Part shown: one piece after another, positions 16,220 to 34,661 of the stretch | Layout: each line of letters starts with the position of its first letter | Numbering within the stretch: position 1 is the stretch's first letter | Assembly (NCBI GenBank): GCA_033442325.1 | Contig: JAWQFM010000014.1 | Location: forward strand, 1,428,511 to 1,463,171 | DNA length: 34,661 nucleotides | Source: Salpingoeca rosetta | Lineage: Eukaryota > Protista > Choanoflagellata | Reading direction: 5' to 3' | Notes under the pieces: model-generated | What the model saw: the letters and a program-made list of their open reading frames with translations, nothing else | Told to the model about the DNA's origin: nothing | Database searches by the model: none | Position numbers and translations under genes: made by a program

Positions 16220-17582
16220 AGTTTCTCCGCCTGTTTGTGAGCAATACAATCACCCCGACCACTCACCCAAGTGCGTGCCACGTGTACTCTTATTGCTACA
16301 CCCTCTTCCTGACCCAACAACCACTTACGCCTCTCTGGCGCGCCAGTGGGAGAAGAGCGAGCGCCTTGGCCGCCGCATTGCTGCCATCGACGCGCGCGTG
16401 CTCGAGCTCCAGCGTCGACTGGACGGTTACAAGCACGTCCTACAGGTGAGAGGCGAGGGACACACTCTCACAGGCACGACAACAGACTGTCGCGTGGGTG
16501 GGGGAGGGGTGTTTGGGGGTGAGGGGGCCTGTCTGGCTGTTTGCCTCGTCTTTCGGCTCTCTTCGCGACTCGTCTCCCGCTCGCTTTGCCTAGGGCCCCC
16601 TTCCCTCTGTGCTTGGGTACCTACGTGCTTGCTTTGTCGTAGCCCTGTGTGCCGAATCGCATGGCAAGCGTTTCCCCCACATCCAGCGCTCATTGGCGGT
16701 GGTTGCGGTGCGTGGTCGACAGACATCTGTTCACACGGTTTCACGGCTGCAAACGGGAGAAGACGATACCGAGGTAAGGCGTGCACCTTGCACGTTCCCT
16801 CCCTCACTCACGCACCCTCTCACACTCTTACTCACTCACTCACTCACTCACTCACTCACTCACTCACTCACTCACTCACTCACTCACTCACTCACTCACT
16901 CACTCACTCACTCACATACTCACTCACTCACTCACTCACTCACTCACTCACTCACTCACCCACTCACTCACTCACTCACTCACTCACTCACTCACTAATC
17001 CGCATGCAGATTCGCCTTGAGGATCTTGCTGCGCATATGGCGCGGCTGGACGAACGATTACAGCAGTGCGAGCGCGACCGCCGGCGGTTCGATCTCGTCC
17101 GCACAGACCACCTGCTGCGGTCCTGGGCCCCACCATCCGCAGCATCATCTGCCCCGCCCGCATCGAGTCATCAGCGCATGACTACGACGGCACTTGCCAA
17201 GGCGTTTGCACGCAGTCTGATGGTGGTGGAGTGGCCGTGGTCGAAGGCAGCACGCCTGATGCGCTTCGCTGCCACTGCCGTCTCGGGTGGCGCAGGAGCT
17301 CACACATCGACATCGCCGCTCACACCGGCGCCATCGTCGTCGCCAACAGTGCGCTCGCCAAACGACGGTCGCAGCAGGCACGAGGAGTCGATGATACCGC
17401 CACCACTTGGCGACCCGCTGTTGCCGGGGACGTCGACGCCTGCGCGGGCATCACCAGGTGGAGGTGTACGGCGGCAGAGCAGCGGATCATCTGTTGGGTC
17501 AGCAGCGCATGTGTCCAGCGCTGGTGTTGGCAGCAGTCGTCAGAGCAGTGTGCGGGCTCGCTTGAACAGCACGGATGTGTGA
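13395..17582 (+). CDS. Hypothetical membrane protein: low-complexity N-terminus, about 4 hydrophobic segments, coiled coil, Ser-rich tail
   Basis: Plausible exon chain 13395-~14180, ~14369-14674, 14970-15051, 15205-15249, 15600-15699, 15917-16044, 16348-16445, 17010-17582 (TGA), with compatible phases from 15205 onward. Hydrophobic segments: '[22 protein letters not shown]', '[26 protein letters not shown]', '[21 protein letters not shown]', '[20 protein letters not shown]'. Heptads: '[41 protein letters not shown]'. The first junctions are uncertain. Confidence 0.6.
16830..16996. repeat. (CACT)n tetranucleotide microsatellite immediately upstream of a 3' splice site
   Basis: Direct reading; ends CTCACTAAT-CCGCATGCAG. 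Confidence 0.95.
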
Positions 17583-17681
17583 AGCGACACAGACTCAGAA
17601 ATGAGAGCGGGGACCGAACTCATCTATGCTTGGATGATACATATGGCAATGAACGCAGGGGATGTGCTGCCCGATCTGCAC

Positions 17682-17683
<2 letters not shown>

Positions 17684-17772
<89 letters not shown>

Positions 17773-18037
17773 GTAGTTGGTGGTGGTGGTGGTGGTGTGT
17801 GTGTNNNNNNNNNNNNNNNNNNNNNNNNNNNNNNNNNNNNNNNNNNNNNNNNNNNNNNNNNNNNNNNNNNNNNNNNNNNNNNNNNNNNNNNNNNNNNNNN
17901 NNNNGTGGTGGTGGTGGTGGTGGTATTGTTGTTGTTGTTGTTGTTGTTGTTGTGGTGGTGGTGGTGGTGGTGGTGGTGGTGGTGGTGGTGGTGGTGGTGG
18001 TGGTGGTGGTGGTGGTGATGATGATGATGATGATGAT
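17684..18037. repeat. Compound intergenic trinucleotide microsatellite (GAT)n-(GGT)n-gap-(GGT)n-(GTT)n-(GGT)n-(GAT)n
   Basis: Direct reading; spans a 100-N gap. Confidence 0.9.
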
Positions 18038-18719
18038 GCCAGCGTTGTACAGACTGGCGTTCTTTCTGTAGCTTTGTTGCCTTTGCGCCGAGCTGCCCGT
18101 TACATGCTGCTCGGAGCTTTTGGTGACAATTTGTGTACAATCAAGTTTATGGCAGTGGGTGAACGTGTTCCCAAGTAAAGACAAGACACTCTGCAGCCAC
18201 GTACATCCGCAGCGCAAACAAGTCAGTCCACAAGAGAAGACGTGCTTTGGGTGAAAGGGTCAGGTCGTGTGAGGAGACGTTAAGGAATGGTGGCTGCAAC
18301 ACAACACTTGAGGCTGGGAAGAGACCAACCCACAGTAACAGTAACACGGGAACATTAGAACGCGCACGAACGAAGACCAGCTACTTCAAGATGGTGTGCT
18401 ATGAGCGTTGGGGCGAAGAAGCAGAGAGCAGATAGAGGGCGAGGAGAGGACCAGGACATGTCACATTCAAGAAACGACAGAACGGGAAGGGCGGCAGGGA
18501 ACCATGCAAAGTGGCATGCTTTGTTTTTCTCTCTGCGCCCTCAACTAGGTAACAAAATGACAGGCAGAGGTGTTGGAGGCGGACTGATGGACACTGGACA
18601 ACACAGAAGAAAATGAACAAGGCGGAACAACCACGAGCAGATTGAAGGGAAGAAGGGGTGCTGACCGGGTGAGCAGTGCATTGAGGTGTCAAGATGGTCA
18701 ATCCCCACCCCAGCTCCTC

Positions 18720-22617
<3,898 letters not shown>

Positions 22618-23343
22618 GCTGCCAGCACGGCGACAAGAGAGACAGCAAAGCACAGGAAGAACACGAGAACAAGGATGGGTGTGAGAGGAAGGCGATGGCT
22701 GAGTGTGCTGGAGCAAGCCCGTGAGGACAGCGCTTCGCAAGCAAGCAGTGCAGCTTGTTTTGTTTGTGTTTTCCCCCAAACTCCTTGCGTGCAAGCACGA
22801 CTTGTTTGGTTGGCTGGCGACGTCGCAGACACACAACAACGACAGGACAAAATCTGTGCAGTGGGCACGCCAGCCGCCCGAAACAACTCATGCCTGCTGG
22901 CTGTGCAGTTTGTTTTGTTTTGTGTGTGTGTTTTGGTTTCGCTGCTGCTGTGTGGCTGGCTCCGCACCTTGACAGAACAGCCAAACCAAACCTCCCTCGT
23001 CAGCCACCAACTCAGCGTCTTCTCCCGGCTGGGTCGTCAGTGGAGCTGGCGGGCTGGTTCCTCTCCCCCTTGACTCACTCACTCTGTGTGTGTGTGTGTG
23101 TGTGTGACTCACACTCTCTAGCGATCCATCGTGGTCACTTCCCGTCCCCACACCGCTGGTTCTGCTGCATAAGATCGTGTGTGCGCCGGCAGTGGAACGT
23201 TTGGCTGCTGTCCTTCCTCTTTCGCCCCACAACGGCAACGACAACGGCTACGGCAACAGCGTCGACAACGACAACGGCGTCGGCAGCGACCACAGTTAGC
23301 CAGTGACCCTGTGCTCTTCGCAGTGTGTGTTTGAGCGTGCACC

Positions 23344-30593
<7,250 letters not shown>

Positions 30594-30910
30594 ATTTCGT
30601 GTTGAACACCTGCTTTCTCTTTACTGGGCCCGCGCATGTGTTACCCTGTTCACCTCTTCCATTGTCGTTATTCTGCCCCAAGAACCGAAGAACCGCGGGA
30701 GAGACAGATAAACTGATCATGCAACAAGAAAGACACACACACACACACACACACAGGCAGGGACAGAGACCCTGTGTGTGCTGTGCTGTGCTGTTTGTGT
30801 ATGTGTGTGCGTGCGTGCGGTGCTGTCTCTGCGTGGTAAATAGCAACACCAGGGCCTCACTCAGGTCGACGTCAACCCCCTCCCCCCCCCCAATACACAC
30901 AATGACGTGC

Positions 30911-33062
30911 GTACCTCTCTCTCTGTTGCGTTGATGTTCTGAAATGTGATGATGCTGATGATGAGCATGTGGATGATGCCATGCATGTAGGAATGGCATG
31001 GGCGGATGTAGGTGAGATGTGAGTAAGGACGTGTGTTGTGGAACACGTTTAAGAAAATGGTTGGTGCCTGTGGTGCGCAGCCTGTTGTGGAAGGCTGGCC
31101 CGAGTGAAGGCGTGTCCTGTGGTGCGCGGCCGCTCAGAGGTCCTGACGCGGAGTCGAAGGACGTGGCGACCGGCCCGAATGAGGACGGGCCCGTGGCTGG
31201 CAGCCTGGCAGAGGACGCTGGTCGAACAGCATCGTGCAGAACTGAGTCGTCTTGGGCCGAGGGAGGATCTTCGTGAGGAAATCTGCGATCATGTGCTCCG
31301 TGGCGAGGTAGCTCAGCACAATCCTCTTGGTGTCGACGCACTCGCGGATGTAGTGGTACTTGACGAGAATGTGCCGCATGCGCGAGGCGGCGTATTCGGC
31401 AACGCGCTGCGCCGGCTGGTTGTCCGTGTGGACGAGCGTGGGCTCGCACAGGACGGCGCTGTGCGGTGGCTGCGAGAGCCATGTACTCCGCGTCGGCGGA
31501 GGCTGTGGCCACGGTGGCCTGCAGCTTGGAGTTCCAGGACACGGGGCCCGTGGAACAGAAGACGACGAAGCCCGTGCGGGAACGTCGCGTGTCAACGTCG
31601 GAGGCGAAGGACGCATCCGAGTACGCTGAGAGTACGCCGTCGGCAGTGCTGCCGCTGCTGGTGTCGCCAGTGGCGGCGTACTTGATGGTGTAGGACAAGG
31701 TGCCCTTGATNNNNNNNNNNNNNNNNNNNNNNNNNNNNNNNNNNNNNNNNNNNNNNNNNNNNNNNNNNNNNNNNNNNNNNNNNNNNNNNNNNNNNNNNNN
31801 NNNNNNNNNNNNNNNNNNNNNNNNNNNNNNNNNNNNNNNNNNNNNNNNNNNNNNNNNNNNNNNNNNNNNNNNNNNNNNNNNNNNNNNNNNNNNNNNNNNN
31901 NNNNNNNNNNNNNNNNNNNNNNNNNNNNNNNNNNNNNNNNNNNNNNNNNNNNNNNNNNNNNNNNNNNNNNNNNNNNNNNNNNNNNNNNNNNNNNNNNNNN
32001 NNNNNNNNNNNNNNNNNNNNNNNNNNNNNNNNNNNNNNNNNNNNNNNNNNNNNNNNNNNNNNNNNNNNNNNNNNNNNNNNNNNNNNNNNNNNNNNNNNNN
32101 NNNNNNNNNNNNNNNNNNNNNNNNNNNNNNNNNNNNNNNNNNNNNNNNNNNNNNNNNNNNNNNNNNNNNNNNNNNNNNNNNNNNNNNNNNNNNNNNNNNN
32201 NNNNNNNNNNNNNNNNNNNNNNNNNNNNNNNNNNNNNNNNNNNNNNNNNNNNNNNNNNNNNNNNNNNNNTGCTTCAGCCCATACAGCCCACGCTTGAGGC
32301 GCAGGACCGTATTCGGCGAGAAGATGCCGTCGACGGCCGGTGGCTGGACGTAGATCTCGTGATCCACGGGCGCGTTGAGGAACGCCGTGTTGACGTCCAT
32401 CTGCTGGATGTCCATGCCACGCGCGACGGCCATGGCGAGCATGGTGCGGATGGCTGCGATGGTAGCCGTCGGAGCAAAGGTGTCCGTGTAGTTGACACCG
32501 TGGACCTGGGAGTAGCCCTTGGCAACCCAGCGCGCCTTGTACTTGATCACCTTGCCCTGGTCGTCACGCTTCCTCCGAAAGATGACCATGCTGCGGAGCA
32601 GCTTGTGGCCCTTGGGAAGGTCAGCGCGAGGCACGACGTCGTAGACGTCATTGGCCTGCATTGCCGCAAACTCGTCCAGGATGGCTTGGCGCCACTCCTC
32701 AGAGTCTGGCGAGGCAAGCGCCTCCTTGACGGTGGCTGGCTCAGCTGACGTGGCAACACTGCCAGCAGCGATGTCTGGTAGATGACCACCCACTGCTGAT
32801 GTCTTCTCCCCCGTACCAGCAGCGCTGGTGGCAACGTGACACGTGGTGGTTGAGCCACCAGAGGTGTCCTTGTCGCCGAGGGTCGCGGACAACAGCAGCT
32901 GGTCCCAGACGGAGCCGCCAAGGGCGCGTGGCTGGAGCTGCGGCTCCCCCGCACGTGGTGCAGTGGGAGCGCCGGTGGCACTGTCCTCGGTTGAACGCTG
33001 AGCGGTCTTGTTGGCATGCGAAGCAGAGGCACCGCTGTCGTCCTGCTCTTGCTGCTGCTGAG
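30911..33062 (-). mobile_element. Ty1/copia LTR retrotransposon fragment (linker, RT, RNase H, 3' UTR); degenerate, no LTR
   Basis: Copia RT motifs 'EPATVKEAL..EEW..AILDEF', 'YKARWVAKGYSQVHGVNYTDTFAP', 'QMDVNTAFLN', 'GLYGLK' at 32271-32745, then an N gap, then RNase H 'YSDASFASD..RRSRTG', 'AEYMAL', 'DNQPA', 'ADFLTK'. A 41-nt frameshifting deletion near 31460 relative to the right-hand copy. Confidence 0.92.
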
Positions 33063-33245
33063 NNNNNNNNNNNNNNNNNNNNNNNNNNNNNNNNNNNNNN
33101 NNNNNNNNNNNNNNNNNNNNNNNNNNNNNNNNNNNNNNNNNNNNNNNNNNNNNNNNNNNNNNNNNNNNNNNNNNNNNNNNNNNNNNNNNNNNNNNNNNNN
33201 NNNNNNNNNNNNNNNNNNNNNNNNNNNNNNNNNNNNNNNNNNNNN

Positions 33246-34635
33246 CCGGCGAGCCGAAGACGCGCAGCAGGCTGACGTCAAAGGGGTGGCCAGGACCGTC
33301 ACTATGAGCCAGGAGCACTACCTGCGCAACGTGCTGGAGACCTTCGGCATGGCTGACTGCAAGCCCGTCGGCACGCCGCTCTGCACGGGCTACGTCGACA
33401 AGCCAGCCGACAAGGAGGAGCCACTCCCGGACGTGCCGTTCTGCGAGCTACTTGGCTCCCTCCTCTATGCTGCGACGATGACGCGCCCAGACATCTCAGC
33501 GGCTGTCTCCATCCTGTCTCGCCGCATGCAGCACTTCGGCATGGACCACTGGAAGGCTGCCAAGCACCTTCTTCGCTACATCAAGGGCACCTTGTCCTAC
33601 ATCATCAAGTACGCCGCCACTGGCGACACCAGCAACGGCAGCACTGCCGACGGCGTGCTCTCAGCGTACTCGGATGCGTCGTTCGCCTCCGACGTTGACA
33701 CGCGACGTTCCCGCACGGGCTTCGTCGTCTTCTGTTCCACGGGCCCCGTGTCCTGGAACTCCAAGCTGCAGGCCACCGTGGCCACAGCCTCCGCCGACGC
33801 GGAGTACATGGCTCTCGCAGCCACCGCACAGGAACTCATGTTCCTTCGCCAACTCCAGGAGGAGCTCACCGGCGCCGTCCTGTGCGAGCCCACGCTCGTG
33901 CACACGGACAACCAGCCGGCGCAGCGCGTTGCCGAACACGCCGCCTCGCGCATGCGGCACATCCTCGTCAAATACCACTACATCCGCGAGTGCGTCGACA
34001 CCAAGAGGATTGTGCTGAGCTACCTCGCCACGGAGCACATGATCGCAGATCTCCTCACGAAGATCCTCCCTCGGCCCAAGACGGCTCAGTTCTGCACGAT
34101 GCTGTTCGACCAGCGTCCTCTGCCAGGCTGCAAGCCACGGGCCCGTCCTCATTCGGGCCGGTCGCCACGTCCTTCGACTCCGCGTCAGGACCTCTGAGTG
34201 GCCGCGCACCACAGGACACGCCTTCACTCGGGCCAGCCTTCCACAACAGGCTGCGCACCACAGGCACCAACCATTTTCTTAAACGTGTTCCACAACACAC
34301 GTCCTTACTCACATCTCACCTACATCTGCCCATGCCATTCCTACATGCATGACATCATCCACATGCTCATGATCAGCATCATCACATTTCAGAACATCAA
34401 CGCAACAGAGAGGTAGGTCAATGCGGGGGAGTGTTGACAGGCAAGTCTTGTCTGCTGAGTCATATCATTGACCTCCCTTCTTCACGACACCACAACTTTG
34501 CATTCACCTCTCTTGTGTTCTGGAATGCTCACGTGATTTCCCTGCAACCTGTTGCACGTGCAGTGTTTAGCTTGGGTGATGCTCGATGTTACATGCTCTT
34601 GCATAACACACCACATGACCACACAACTCTCAACA
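33246..34635 (+). mobile_element. Ty1/copia LTR retrotransposon 3' part (RT C-terminus, RNase H, 3' UTR, PPT, 3' LTR)
   Basis: ORF to 34197 with 'SQEHY...FGMADCKPVGTP', 'GSLLYAATMTRPDI', 'HWKAAKHLLRYIKGT' and RNase H motifs. PPT GCGGGGGAG (34423-34431) is followed by an LTR. Confidence 0.93.
34432..34635 (+). repeat. 3' long terminal repeat (about 204 bp) of the copia element
   Basis: Begins TGTTGA immediately after the polypurine tract and ends TCAACA, a perfect 6-bp inverted terminus with the TG...CA rule. The right end is inferred from this inverted repeat only, as no 5' LTR is visible for comparison. Confidence 0.75.
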
Positions 34636-34661
34636 AACACTTGCCACGTCACCACTTTGCG

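Noticed and set aside
15297-17582. 761-aa ORF taken as a single exon
   Set aside because: It runs through VC and THSL microsatellite introns; only the segments bounded by GT-AG sites look coding.
18040-18700. Possible extra gene or further exons of the secreted protein
   Set aside because: The secreted protein already ends with a stop at 18720, and the short ORFs here lack motifs or convincing splice sites.

Overview
Gene-dense, intron-rich eukaryotic DNA in which most introns carry a microsatellite. GC-rich exons, GTGCGT/GTACGY donors, a full Vav and furin-like Cys-rich secreted proteins suggest a choanoflagellate such as Salpingoeca rosetta (inference, not confirmed). I reconstructed six spliced genes by hand: the 3' part of NAA15/NAT1 (+), a Kelch beta-propeller plus coiled-coil protein (-), eIF3m (+), an unknown protein with about 4 TM segments and a coiled coil (+), a secreted PAN/Apple - ~530-aa Thr stalk - HYR-like - furin-like-repeat protein (-), and a complete Vav RhoGEF (+). 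The window ends with two inverted Ty1/copia fragments; the right one has an intact PPT and a 204-bp 3' LTR. Most interesting: (1) the adhesin/mucin-like secreted protein, with a module resembling Bacteroidetes HYR-like repeats; (2) a Vav with three regulatory-type tyrosines, two SH3 domains and a C1 domain closer to DAG-binding C1 domains than mammalian Vav C1; (3) intronic microsatellites that mimic splice signals or could pair across introns; (4) the inverted copia pair. Most long ORFs in the supplied track are artefacts of microsatellites or N gaps. Exon boundaries were read by eye and may be off by a few bases.
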